Positions 1 through 9,207 of a stretch of DNA of 62,840 bases are shown here, in pieces (positions within the stretch are counted from its first letter, which is position 1; every line of letters begins with the position of its first letter). The stretch is taken from positions 1 through 62,840 of the forward strand of contig CALJLA010000023.1 in assembly GCA_937983055.1 (NCBI GenBank), in the 5' to 3' direction. The position numbers were made by a program, and so were the translations under genes. The stretch comes from an uncultured Pseudomonadota bacterium (lineage in GTDB: Bacteria > Pseudomonadota > Gammaproteobacteria > Burkholderiales > Eutrophovitaceae). The notes below the pieces were generated by a model. That model saw nothing but the letters and a program-made list of their open reading frames with translations, was not told the DNA's origin and ran no database searches.

Positions 1-148
1 CGCTTACCTACTACTATCCAGCTCGACCGACCCAGCCAGCGTACCACTGCACCCATAGGAACGAAGAGGCCACACTTACTGCTGTAACAACCGATGGCTT
101 GAACAGCTTCACGCTTACCCTCAATGAGCAGATATCGATGCCTGTTCT
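1..148 (+). repeat. Terminal overlap, left copy (matches 62693-62840)
   Basis: Aligns without gaps to 62693-62840. Positions 95-148 are identical and 1-94 carry 12 substitutions, consistent with a circular assembly overlap. Confidence 0.9.
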
Positions 149-638
149 GCAGGGAGCAGTTGGGGCTGGAGGGCTTTTCTCCGGCGTCTTTTTCGGCATC
201 TCTGGGGATGAGTCAAGCCTTCAGGCCTCGATCGGCCTGCCGATTGACTCGGAGGTTCGGTGGGCGCCGGAGAACGCCGGCATTTCGGAGACGAAGAAGC
301 AGTTTCCGTACGCCGCCATCTACTTCGAAGAAGATACGGCGTACCACCACGAGGTGGGCTTTTTCTCCGATGTCGTTCCAGATGAGGAGTGGCTTTCGGC
401 GATTGAGATCACTCGTCCCCAGGGATGGGGCGAGGGGCCCTGGGGTGAGTTCCCCTGGGGAAACGAGGGTCCTTTTGCTTCGACACCGCCGCTTGTCCCG
501 GTCCCCTCTCAGCATCAGCGCTGCCGAACCCTCACGCTTCAGTATCGGCATCGCTATGCAAAGGAGCGCTTCAACATCCTTTCCGTGGCTATCGCCTATC
601 GACCTTACGCGGGCAAGATAGTGAGGCAGCCCGCATGA
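3..638 (+). CDS. C-terminal part of the tail nozzle/stabilisation-like protein that starts at 60499
   Basis: Frame is open from base 3 and shares NSFTLTLNEQISMPV with the end of the ORF at 60499-62840. GWGEGPWGEFPWG motif near the C-terminus. Confidence 0.75.
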   Translation, partial: LTYYYPARPTQPAYHCTHRNEEATLTAVTTDGLNSFTLTLNEQISMPVLQGAVGAGGLFSGVFFGISGDESSLQASIGLPIDSEVRWAPENAGISETKKQFPYAAIYFEEDTAYHHEVGFFSDVVPDEEWLSAIEITRPQGWGEGPWGEFPWGNEGPFASTPPLVPVPSQHQRCRTLTLQYRHRYAKERFNILSVAIAYRPYAGKIVRQPA

Positions 639-1030
639 GAATCCAGAGCTTCCGAGCACCGACGCCTGGCGACAACCCGAAGCTTCCAGAGGAATACTTT
701 CGGGCGAACAAGTCGCAAGCGGAACAGATCGACCTCGTAACCCAGGCGCTTCAGAACAACCTGTCCGAGGAAGACAACTTCAACGCTGACCGAAAAAGAG
801 TCTCTCTTTTCCATAATCAGGAGCAAACGATCAGCACGGGTCGGGTGAAGGGCAAGGCTGCGGAAGTTCGCATCGTTCATTCGGCCTTGTTCGACTTCCC
901 TCGACTGGCTTGGGAGGTCGTCGATGAGGGGAAAATTAGAGTGAAGGTCGCCTGGGATTCAAATCCCACAGAAGCTGTTGAGGTGGTCCTTATGATCAAG
1001 GGGAGTGGCGATGCCCTACGTACCCAGTAG
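635..1030 (+). CDS. Hypothetical virion-associated protein
   Basis: 131-aa ORF with ATGA overlap on the tail gene stop, inside the structural operon. Confidence 0.6.
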   Translation: MRIQSFRAPTPGDNPKLPEEYFRANKSQAEQIDLVTQALQNNLSEEDNFNADRKRVSLFHNQEQTISTGRVKGKAAEVRIVHSALFDFPRLAWEVVDEGKIRVKVAWDSNPTEAVEVVLMIKGSGDALRTQ

Positions 1031-2705
1031 CTTTGAGGAGAACGAGGCCTATCTCCTTGGGCAGGGTCCGGCTCCTAATCAGCAGGTGGTGACGGATTTC
1101 CCCGTCACTTCGAGCGCAACCGCTCCCGCTGAATCGTCGGCTCGCTCTGAGGCAAGCATTCCAACTGCAACAAGCCCTCAGCCAACGCCCGATGTCGGCG
1201 ATGCCGCTGGCTTTCAGACCCAAGGAGATGTGGGAGCTCGCCTGTTCGAGCCTCTTTCCTCCGGACTGCCACAGCAAAGAGAAGCGATCCAGTCGGCGGT
1301 GAACGCCTTCTACGATCAAGCTGGTCCGTCTCGAAGCTATGAGAGCTCCGGTTCTGAGGGAGTGCTGTCAAGCGCTCTTGGGCCTCATGATTCAGCCGAA
1401 TCTCGAGTACAGGCCCTCGGACAGGCCCGTGACGTTGTCAACGCGCAATATGAGGGGCCGGACCACCTGAATCAGGAGCGGGCGGCAAACATTGGTCGTG
1501 GCCTCGAAGACCTTGCGACAAGGGCTCGCGCTCTTAGCTCTGGATCCGGCCTGCAGACGATCCTTCAGCGATCGGCGCCAGGCCTCACCTCTGGTGAGGC
1601 TCGCGAAGAGGCCAGGCGCTACCTCGGTGACGACGACTTCCGTGATCGTGCGCGTGGCTACTCCGAAGACATCGGCCGCATCTATGAGCAATTCGCGAAG
1701 CAGCAGCGGGAAGCGCAGGACTTTGCTCGCCAGCGATCTGAGGAAGAGGCCGGAATCGCCGACCGATCGAGAGATTACCTTATTGGAAGAAGAGAACAAG
1801 AGGCCCAGACGATTCGAGATGAGATAGCTCGTCGTCAGGGAGAGCAAAAAAGAGTGGAGGACGCCTACTTTGACCTCCTTGAGTCGGGCTCTCTTGAATC
1901 CCTGGGCTCTGTCCCGCAGGAGAGCCTGACCTTTGATCCCGCCGCCTTCAACACAGAGGCAAGACAGCGCGTCATCGATGCCGGTGAGAAGTTCCAGGAA
2001 ATCATGTCGAGATATCCGGAGATCGCCGACATTCCAACGATCGAGCTGAAGATAGGTCGTGGCGGCCGAGAGCGGCAGAACACACTACCGCGTGAATGGC
2101 TCGAGGAGAATGCGGGGCGATACACAGACGAAGAGCTTCAATCCATTACCGATCAAGCCCTCGATCGTCATGCCGAGCTTCGCGAGCACTTTGCCCCCGG
2201 GACCTCGATCAAGCAGTTCCGCGACGATGGAGAGTACGCTTTAGAGAAGCCTCTCTTCTTCGGGGAGGATCTCGAGCTTCCTGACCCGCGGGCCTTCGTG
2301 CTCTACGACCCCGGCTCGAGCCCGAGCAGGTCGAACGTTTCGACCGAGGACCAGCGCCGCATCATCAACACAGTCAACGAGCTCATCGACGATCTCGACA
2401 GAATCGATGAGGGCGGCGAGCCCTTCCGGGCGGCAAGGCTTGCGGCCGATATCGAGGGCTACCTCGAATCCGAAGAGCTCGCTCTCAATGAGCAGGAGAG
2501 GCAGCTGACCGCCGCTCAAAAGGAGTGGCGCAGGCTGGCGCGCAAGAGCCGCAAGAAGTACTTGGCGGCTAAGAGGAAATCTCGCTGGGCGAAAATCGGT
2601 GGCATTCTGGAGCAGGTCGCTGGAAGCCCCGCGCCCGGCCTCTTCGGGGGCGGAGACGGAGAGGGCAGCCTTGGTGGCGGCATAATGGCCGACATTTTCG
2701 CGTAA
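1005..2705 (+). CDS. Putative internal virion/ejection protein
   Basis: 566 aa, helical, Gly-rich C-terminus, positioned after the tail genes as in podoviruses. Confidence 0.55.
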   Translation: MAMPYVPSSFEENEAYLLGQGPAPNQQVVTDFPVTSSATAPAESSARSEASIPTATSPQPTPDVGDAAGFQTQGDVGARLFEPLSSGLPQQREAIQSAVNAFYDQAGPSRSYESSGSEGVLSSALGPHDSAESRVQALGQARDVVNAQYEGPDHLNQERAANIGRGLEDLATRARALSSGSGLQTILQRSAPGLTSGEAREEARRYLGDDDFRDRARGYSEDIGRIYEQFAKQQREAQDFARQRSEEEAGIADRSRDYLIGRREQEAQTIRDEIARRQGEQKRVEDAYFDLLESGSLESLGSVPQESLTFDPAAFNTEARQRVIDAGEKFQEIMSRYPEIADIPTIELKIGRGGRERQNTLPREWLEENAGRYTDEELQSITDQALDRHAELREHFAPGTSIKQFRDDGEYALEKPLFFGEDLELPDPRAFVLYDPGSSPSRSNVSTEDQRRIINTVNELIDDLDRIDEGGEPFRAARLAADIEGYLESEELALNEQERQLTAAQKEWRRLARKSRKKYLAAKRKSRWAKIGGILEQVAGSPAPGLFGGGDGEGSLGGGIMADIFA

Positions 2706-2715
2706 GGAATCAGAC

Positions 2716-3675
2716 ATGGTAGCCAGTGGAGCCGGAGCCGGAATCGGGAGCGCGATCGGAGGCCTTGCCGCTTTCGCCATGGATGGCGGGATTCCGGACG
2801 AATACGACGAAATAATCAAGCTTTACCGCGATCTCGAAGTCCCTGACTTCGACATGCGGTCGCTCACCCCAGCGCAGCTGCGCGTTGTCGGTGACGTTTC
2901 TCCCGAGGTCTACAGCGCGATCATTCGCGGTGAGGCGGCGACCCCGCAGGACTCTCCCGAGGTTCGGGCGGAGCAGATGGGCGCCCTTCGCCATCTTGCC
3001 GATGTTCGTCGCGAAGGCCTGCCGCTTTCAGAGCGCCTTGCTGCGGAGGACATGCAGCGAGCCATTGCGGGGGAATTCCGTCGCAACAATCAGTCGGTGA
3101 TGAGGAATCTTGCCGAGCGCGGCCGACTCGGAGGCAGCGCCGAGCGTCAGGCGAGACTTCAAGCCAATCAGTCCTCGGGAGAGCTTGCTCGGGGTGCTGG
3201 AAGCGATCTCGCGCGCATGGCCGTTGGGAATCGGCTGAATGCGGCCTATGGAGCGGGCGAACTTGGAGGCCGAATCAGGTCGCAAGATATCGCTTTGTCG
3301 GACGCAAAGGCCGGCCACATTAACCGCTTCAATGCCATGGCTTCCCAGCTACTTACCCAGGCAGCGAGGGATGCAGCGGGGTCGAGAGAGCGGGCGAACT
3401 ACTACAATGTCGGCAACCGCCAGCGCGTTGCTGACACCAATGAACAGAGCCGATACTCGACTGAGCGTGATAACCTAAATCGTCAAAACGCACTTCGTGA
3501 TCAGCGGTTTGCGAACGAAACGCAACGTATCGGTGGCCTTGCTGGCGCTCTTAGCATGATGGCGAACGCCCAAATGGCCAAGGACGCTCAGCGCTATCAC
3601 AACTTCCAGCAGATTGGCGGCGGCATCGGCGGCGCCGCTGGCAGTAGCTTTGACTTCGGAGGCTTCGGAGGCTGA
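2716..3675 (+). CDS. Putative DNA ejection/pilot protein
   Basis: 319 aa with Gly/Ala-rich termini (GAGAGIGSAIGG; GGGIGGAAG) and a Gln/Asn/Arg-rich helical core; AAGGA SD upstream. Confidence 0.6.
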   Translation: MVASGAGAGIGSAIGGLAAFAMDGGIPDEYDEIIKLYRDLEVPDFDMRSLTPAQLRVVGDVSPEVYSAIIRGEAATPQDSPEVRAEQMGALRHLADVRREGLPLSERLAAEDMQRAIAGEFRRNNQSVMRNLAERGRLGGSAERQARLQANQSSGELARGAGSDLARMAVGNRLNAAYGAGELGGRIRSQDIALSDAKAGHINRFNAMASQLLTQAARDAAGSRERANYYNVGNRQRVADTNEQSRYSTERDNLNRQNALRDQRFANETQRIGGLAGALSMMANAQMAKDAQRYHNFQQIGGGIGGAAGSSFDFGGFGG

Positions 3676-5456
3676 TGGACCCCAAAGAGCTTCTTCGCAG
3701 GCAGCTTGAGGAAAAGTACCCCTGGCTGGCCCAGGTCGCTGGCGCTGCTGGTGCATCCGCTGCATCGAAGGCTCTTGGGACTGACACCGCGCCATCGATG
3801 CGTCAGTCCATGGTGCAGGGCGCGCGTGACAGGGTCTACCGAACCGCTCCGTGGGCGAAGCCCCGTACAGCTCCTGCCAACACCCCAATGCAAGGCCCCA
3901 GGCTTCCGACGATTTCGGAGGAGGCAGAGGCCGACTTCATCGATCGGGGCGGTTTGCGAGCTCCGTTCATTGGACCTTTGTCGAAAGGCAAAGACCTCAC
4001 TCCCGTTGAAGAGGGGATTCTTGCGAGGGCGAATGCCGAGGATGCGGCATACCGGGAGCAAGCGGATCGTGACGGCGGCCTGCCCTACAACCCGGAGAGT
4101 TCTGGCGGCCTCAAGAACATCATCCGGGGCGACGTTAGTGGTAAGGCGTTCGTAGGTCCGGCCGGCGGTACGTCTGGTGAGTTCGTCGAAGACGCTCGAA
4201 GGGTTGCAACAGACGTCACCCCAAACGATCAGCCCATGCGACTGTCTGACTGGCAGCGCATTCAGGGCGACCCCGTCGATGCTAATTACGAGGCCGAAAA
4301 GGAGTCGGCGGTCGCCACTGCCGCGCGCGGCCCGGATGCAGCGGCATCAACCCTAAGAGATCTCGCCAGGCGACCATCGGAGTCCACTCCAAAACCGCAG
4401 AACGAGATCGATGCTCGCCGGCTGACCCACGAAGCGGAAGCCCTTGAAAAAGAGCAGCGGTCAAGGGCTGCGGCGGATGCGAATCTTGCCAAGGCAGCGG
4501 AAGCGGATCGTCTGAGTCAGCGCGACAAAGAGAAAAACTTCCTTCGCGGCATGAAGGGGCTCTCTGAGTCCCTTGGCGGCATGGATCTCCGAGGCCTTGC
4601 TCACTTCATGCCCGGAGGCCCGCCGGCTCCCGGTCAGCCTCCGGTCATCGCCGAAGATGCAAGGCAGCGCCTTAGCGAGATCCAGGACGATGAGGAGGGC
4701 GCTGAGTTCAAGAAGGCGATCAAGGAGACACTCGGCATTGAGATCGACGCCGATGTCCCAGCGAGCACGCTGACCAAACTCCTCGGACCAATTGTTGCCC
4801 AGGAGCGCAATCGAGCCACGACCGCCCTTGCCATGGCCGACGCGGTTGCCGATGAGCGACAGGCCGAGCAGGACAGGATCGTAGAGAACTCGAAGACGAT
4901 CAACGACCTGCGCAAGGAAATGTCCCAGCCTACCAGCTTCATCTCCGGCTACCGCAAGGCACGAGATGAAGCATCTCGTATTCGCAAGCTCGTCGAAACG
5001 AACTCGATTACTTTGCGTGCCGCTGCAATTGGGCTCGTCAAGGCCGCTGGAGATACCGGCCGTCTGTCGAACCAGGACATCGAAATGTTCTCGAATCGTC
5101 CCGGCATGGCAGGGATTTACGATCGCTTCTATCGATTCATTCACAGCGATGGCTCTCCCGAGTACAAGGAGGAGGTGATCGCTGCGGCCGAAGCGCTTAT
5201 GAAAGCTTCCCAGGTCTCTGTTCGTCGGCAAGCCGAGTCGGCCACAGAGCAATTCCTCGCTGTTCCTGGTCACTCGGATCGATTCACTATCGACGATGTC
5301 TTGGGCGCCCTGATCAGCAAGGACGAACTAAGCGCTGGTGAGGCTCGCCCAATGGTGATGGTGGAGATCGATGGGAGAAAGGGGCGCGTGCCGCAGGACG
5401 AGCTTCCGAGAGTGCAGGCTGAAAACCCCGGAGCGACTATCCGAGTCCTTGACTGA
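3675..5456 (+). CDS. Putative internal virion/ejection protein
   Basis: 593-aa ORF, TGATG-coupled to its neighbours. Confidence 0.55.
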   Translation: MDPKELLRRQLEEKYPWLAQVAGAAGASAASKALGTDTAPSMRQSMVQGARDRVYRTAPWAKPRTAPANTPMQGPRLPTISEEAEADFIDRGGLRAPFIGPLSKGKDLTPVEEGILARANAEDAAYREQADRDGGLPYNPESSGGLKNIIRGDVSGKAFVGPAGGTSGEFVEDARRVATDVTPNDQPMRLSDWQRIQGDPVDANYEAEKESAVATAARGPDAAASTLRDLARRPSESTPKPQNEIDARRLTHEAEALEKEQRSRAAADANLAKAAEADRLSQRDKEKNFLRGMKGLSESLGGMDLRGLAHFMPGGPPAPGQPPVIAEDARQRLSEIQDDEEGAEFKKAIKETLGIEIDADVPASTLTKLLGPIVAQERNRATTALAMADAVADERQAEQDRIVENSKTINDLRKEMSQPTSFISGYRKARDEASRIRKLVETNSITLRAAAIGLVKAAGDTGRLSNQDIEMFSNRPGMAGIYDRFYRFIHSDGSPEYKEEVIAAAEALMKASQVSVRRQAESATEQFLAVPGHSDRFTIDDVLGALISKDELSAGEARPMVMVEIDGRKGRVPQDELPRVQAENPGATIRVLD

Positions 5457-7480
5457 TGCCCGTCGATCTTTCCAAGTACGGGGGTTCGTACACCGACGAG
5501 AAGGCGCCCGTTGGGCGATTCGACTTCTCGAAGTACGGGGGATTCGAGGACACCTCTCGAGGCGCATCTCCCGATCGAGCGCTCAATGAGCAGCACCCTG
5601 AAATCGGAGTGCTCGAGCGCCTGAAGGCTAAGACCTTGGCAGTCGACGCCGAAGACATGGCGAAGCACTACGCCGAGCGTGGCTTCGAGACCGCCGTTCT
5701 CGATGAAGCGAACATCGCTCTTCGTAGACCTGGTGAGCCGTGGCGCAAGCTCGAGCCCCAGGGGTTTCTCAGCGGTGGGATTGCGGAGATTGGTTTCGAT
5801 GCCCTGGACGCTCTGAAGGCAACGCCAGAGATCGCAGGCTCGGTCTACGGCGGCATCAAGGGCACGGCCGCTGGAACCGCGGCCGGAGGACCCGTCGGCG
5901 GGATCGCCCTGGGCCTCGCAGGCGCGGCAACGGGTAGCGGCGCCGGCGAGGCGATCAAGCGTGGCCTTGCCGAAATGGCAGGCTGGGATATCCCTGCCGA
6001 AAAGGCAGCCAGGTCGATTGGCCGAGAGGCCGCGTATGGTGCCGCCGGCGAGGGCGCTGGTCGCCTGATTGGTGCCGGTGCCCGCGCCGGGAAAGGAGCG
6101 CTGTCAAAGATAGCTAGGCGCTCAGGAGAAAGAGCTCCAGCGGTCACGGTCAAGAGGGCTGCTCGAGAGGCGGCTGAAGGTGTTCCGGCCTCCGCAGAAG
6201 TGCCGCTTGAGCGAGCCCACCCCGCAACTCGCAGCGTGTTTGAGGCCGGCCATGACCCGCTGCAGAGCAAAGGGGTTCGAGAAAGCCTCTCCGCTGACGA
6301 CCTCATGGCTGGCAGGCGAGACCTTCCGAAGCCGCCAGCCGGTCAGGATTTCCGTGGCGAAGAAAGGATTGCTACAGCTCGAAAGTTCGACGAGATCATC
6401 GCCTCGATGCAGCCGGACGATGTAGCGCGTACATCGTTCACGAAACGCACCGATGGCAAGCTGAGGCAGATGGCATTCAAGACCAGCCCTCGCTACGTCA
6501 CTCGTTCTCAGCTCGAGCGGGCGATTGCGAGCGGAGAGGCGGGGCGTCTTACCGGCGATCAATTGGTCGAGCTCGGCCTTGACTGGGGACTAAAGAAATC
6601 GCAGCTGAAGAACCTCGGCCCACGCGAGCTCATGGAGAAGATCCGGGTGCTCGGCGAAGCGCCTGAGAATGCTCTTAGGGCTGCGATTGGCGATGATGTG
6701 CGCGATCAGTTTGCGAGAATAGTCGGCCGTGATCCCGGGGGCATCCCCGGAGACGAGCTTCTCGACTTCCTCAATCAAACCTTTGGCCGCAGCCCGATCA
6801 CTGGTGGCGGCCGAGCTTACGACCCAACAGATGCCGGCCTTCGCTGGGTCTGGGAGGTTGGGCGCAAGCGCGGTTGGAAGTCGATCGACCCCAACCGTGT
6901 TCTGGAAAAGCGGCTTCCCAAGGGCGTAAGTGCTGGCGTTGGTCAAACAGCGGAAGAGGCCGTTAAGGAGGCTATCAATCTTGGCGGCGGCCAGGGAGCT
7001 CTGAGGTCTTTGGCTCAGATGCGCGAGTCGCGTCGATTGACACCTGGTGGTCTTCGAGGCCTTGCTGGAAAGGGCCTCTATCACACCGGAAGGGCGATGC
7101 AGGTGCCCGGGAATTTCCTGGCTCGCACCTTTGGCATTCACCCCGACATTGTTCGTCGGGCTGCTCGCCGAGGCCTGCTCTACGGGCCGGCTTCAATGCT
7201 GACGCCGGCGGCTCCGATTGGTCAGCACGTGATGCTTGCGAGCGCTACCCACGCCGGTGGCAGAGGCCTCGAGTGGCTTGGCCGGCGCATTCTTCGTGAC
7301 CCCTCGGCAGTGCTTCCGCAATTGCCGAAGTGGGTGCAGAAGATGCTCGCCCCGATTCGACTGCTAAAAACGGAAAGCGCTCGAAGGGGCTTACTGCAAA
7401 CCCTCATGCAGGATGAAAGATTTCGAAGCTGGGCAGAGGGCCCAGGGGCTGCGCTTCTTGCGGAAGCCAGCAGCGACTAA
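5456..7480 (+). CDS. Putative internal virion/ejection protein
   Basis: 674 aa with a Gly/Ala-rich hydrophobic stretch (GTAAGGPVGGIALGLAGAATG), typical of ejected proteins. Confidence 0.55.
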   Translation: MPVDLSKYGGSYTDEKAPVGRFDFSKYGGFEDTSRGASPDRALNEQHPEIGVLERLKAKTLAVDAEDMAKHYAERGFETAVLDEANIALRRPGEPWRKLEPQGFLSGGIAEIGFDALDALKATPEIAGSVYGGIKGTAAGTAAGGPVGGIALGLAGAATGSGAGEAIKRGLAEMAGWDIPAEKAARSIGREAAYGAAGEGAGRLIGAGARAGKGALSKIARRSGERAPAVTVKRAAREAAEGVPASAEVPLERAHPATRSVFEAGHDPLQSKGVRESLSADDLMAGRRDLPKPPAGQDFRGEERIATARKFDEIIASMQPDDVARTSFTKRTDGKLRQMAFKTSPRYVTRSQLERAIASGEAGRLTGDQLVELGLDWGLKKSQLKNLGPRELMEKIRVLGEAPENALRAAIGDDVRDQFARIVGRDPGGIPGDELLDFLNQTFGRSPITGGGRAYDPTDAGLRWVWEVGRKRGWKSIDPNRVLEKRLPKGVSAGVGQTAEEAVKEAINLGGGQGALRSLAQMRESRRLTPGGLRGLAGKGLYHTGRAMQVPGNFLARTFGIHPDIVRRAARRGLLYGPASMLTPAAPIGQHVMLASATHAGGRGLEWLGRRILRDPSAVLPQLPKWVQKMLAPIRLLKTESARRGLLQTLMQDERFRSWAEGPGAALLAEASSD

Positions 7481-7493
7481 GGTATTTTGAAGA

Positions 7494-7880
7494 GTGAAGA
7501 GAGGCGAAGGTGTGGCTGAGAAAGAAGAAAAGAACGGAAAGATTCTCGATTTTGTACTCAAGACCGCCCCGCCGCTTGGAGCCGTGGTCATGGTGGCGGT
7601 TACCGGGCACACGCGCCTCACCAAGCTCGAGAGCGATCTCAAATACCTACAGAGGGATCATCAAGAGCACCACGACAAGCCAGCCCACGATGCGGCCTAT
7701 GACCGATTCCAAGCCAACGAAGAAGCCATCCGCGTCCTCCAGGCTACGGTCGAATCCCTACGCACGATCGTTGATCGCCACCTTGGCCTGGGCCATCGTG
7801 ACCTACCTCATCCTCATGGCCTTATCCTGGCAATCCGGGAGCTCGAGCAGCGCATCAAAGTCCTCGAAAAAAACGACTGA
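7494..7880 (+). CDS. Small membrane-anchored coiled-coil protein, possibly lysis-related
   Basis: One N-terminal hydrophobic segment followed by coiled coil; last gene of the late operon. Start uncertain. Confidence 0.4.
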   Translation: MKRGEGVAEKEEKNGKILDFVLKTAPPLGAVVMVAVTGHTRLTKLESDLKYLQRDHQEHHDKPAHDAAYDRFQANEEAIRVLQATVESLRTIVDRHLGLGHRDLPHPHGLILAIRELEQRIKVLEKND

Positions 7881-7894
7881 GCCCGAGCGGCAAT

Positions 7895-7927
7895 AAAAAA
7901 GGACGTCTCAGAGGAGTTGGGACGCCC
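7895..7927 (-). terminator. Intrinsic terminator for the leftward operon
   Basis: Minus strand GGGCGTCCCA...TGAGACGTCC followed by T6, at the convergence of two operons. Confidence 0.7.
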
Positions 7928-7985
7928 TAGAAGAAGTGAAGAGAAGACGGCGCGACAACGCACGCCGATACGGAGGAGTTTAATG

Positions 7986-8297
7986 TTACTTCTCCGTTAT
8001 CTCAATGGGGTACGTGGCCTCGACGATCTTTTTCTTCGTCTTGTACTGAGCAGTACGCATACCCTTCACGTCCTCGAACGTGACGGTACCGTCTGCCCAA
8101 AAGACAAGGAAGTCACAGACGTACTTCACGCCTCCAGGTAAGTGGAGCGGCGTCTGTCTCAGGAAGAAGACCACCTCGCCAGCCTCTCGCAGGAGCTTCA
8201 GCTCGCTGTATCGCTTCGCCTCTTTCTTCGAGGCGAACTTGATTCCGTCGAGCTCTGTCGGCTTCGCTCGATACTTGTGGCGAATGGGCGGCGGCAT
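7986..8297 (-). CDS. DUF1064-family PD-(D/E)xK nuclease/resolvase-like protein
   Basis: HKYRAKPTELDGIKFASKKEAKRY and YVCDF...EDVKG motifs. Confidence 0.85.
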   Translation of the reverse strand: MPPPIRHKYRAKPTELDGIKFASKKEAKRYSELKLLREAGEVVFFLRQTPLHLPGGVKYVCDFLVFWADGTVTFEDVKGMRTAQYKTKKKIVEATYPIEITEK

Positions 8298-8691
8298 TCT
8301 CGCATTCTACCCAGGCAGCCACATATCGATCAGCTCTTTTGTTTCGGCGTCGAACTCCCCCAAAAGCTCTCCAGGCCCAGCTTCATATTCGTCAAACACC
8401 TCCACGTCGATGCCGAGGATTGCTTCGACCTGCTTCGCCGTGAATATGAGGTATGGCCTAAAAGGGACCCACCAAGCCCACGGCATAGATGATAGCGCGC
8501 GATCGGAATCGGGCATGTAGAGCGATAGCGCGAACTCTTCTAAGCTGATTCTCCGTAGCCAAATCTTCATCGCCTATCTCCTCTTCAGAATGCTCTTCGG
8601 CAGCAGATCTTTGATAGATGCCTGGTACCCCTCTTTGAGGATCCTGCTGATACGTCTTAAATGGTAGCGCCCCACCGCTTGGCGCATTCGC

Positions 8692-9207
8692 TTACGAAGG
8701 ATCCGTTGTCTCGGCTTCATAGCCCCAGACCTCCCAGCCTTCGCGTGGACCTCGAGCAAACAGCTCAATTCTCTTCGCTTCAGGAAAGCAGCGCCTGATG
8801 TAGCTGGCTACGAGGTCCGGCTTTTTCGAATGTTGTTCGCGTCGTGACGAAATCACACTGGGGATCCGCACCTTTGCCTGCGGGGGCGAGTACTTGCCGC
8901 GCACGCCGACGAGTAGCAGCTCGTGCTGGCCGCGAAACCAGTACCCCATCCCAATGCGCCCCTTGTCCCAGACGGCGTTCGTTTTGTACTCGAAACCCCA
9001 CCACTTCATGACGTCGAGGGCTTCGCGCAGCTTAGGCGCGGTCGCCCAGAGAAAGAGCACGGCATCGTCCGCGACTGGTACTGGGCAGTCGCGGAGCTCG
9101 CTCATCGACATCGTCTCGTACTGGTTCTCGACGCGGCGCGACTTCGACCGCGAGAACGAGTACCGCCAAGGCGGGTCGGCGTAGATGACTTCGTATCCCT
9201 CAGTCAC
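8692..9207 (-). CDS. MT-A70-family N6-adenine methyltransferase
   Basis: VIYADPPW catalytic motif, LFLWAT, HSKKP, IELFAR. GTG start at 9207 follows GGAGG. Confidence 0.9.
   Translation of the reverse strand: MTEGYEVIYADPPWRYSFSRSKSRRVENQYETMSMSELRDCPVPVADDAVLFLWATAPKLREALDVMKWWGFEYKTNAVWDKGRIGMGYWFRGQHELLLVGVRGKYSPPQAKVRIPSVISSRREQHSKKPDLVASYIRRCFPEAKRIELFARGPREGWEVWGYEAETTDPS

Noticed and set aside
1-94. Diversity-generating retroelement VR/TR pair at the termini
   Set aside because: Mismatches are not adenine-specific on either strand, no reverse transcriptase is visible, and the copies are simply the contig ends.
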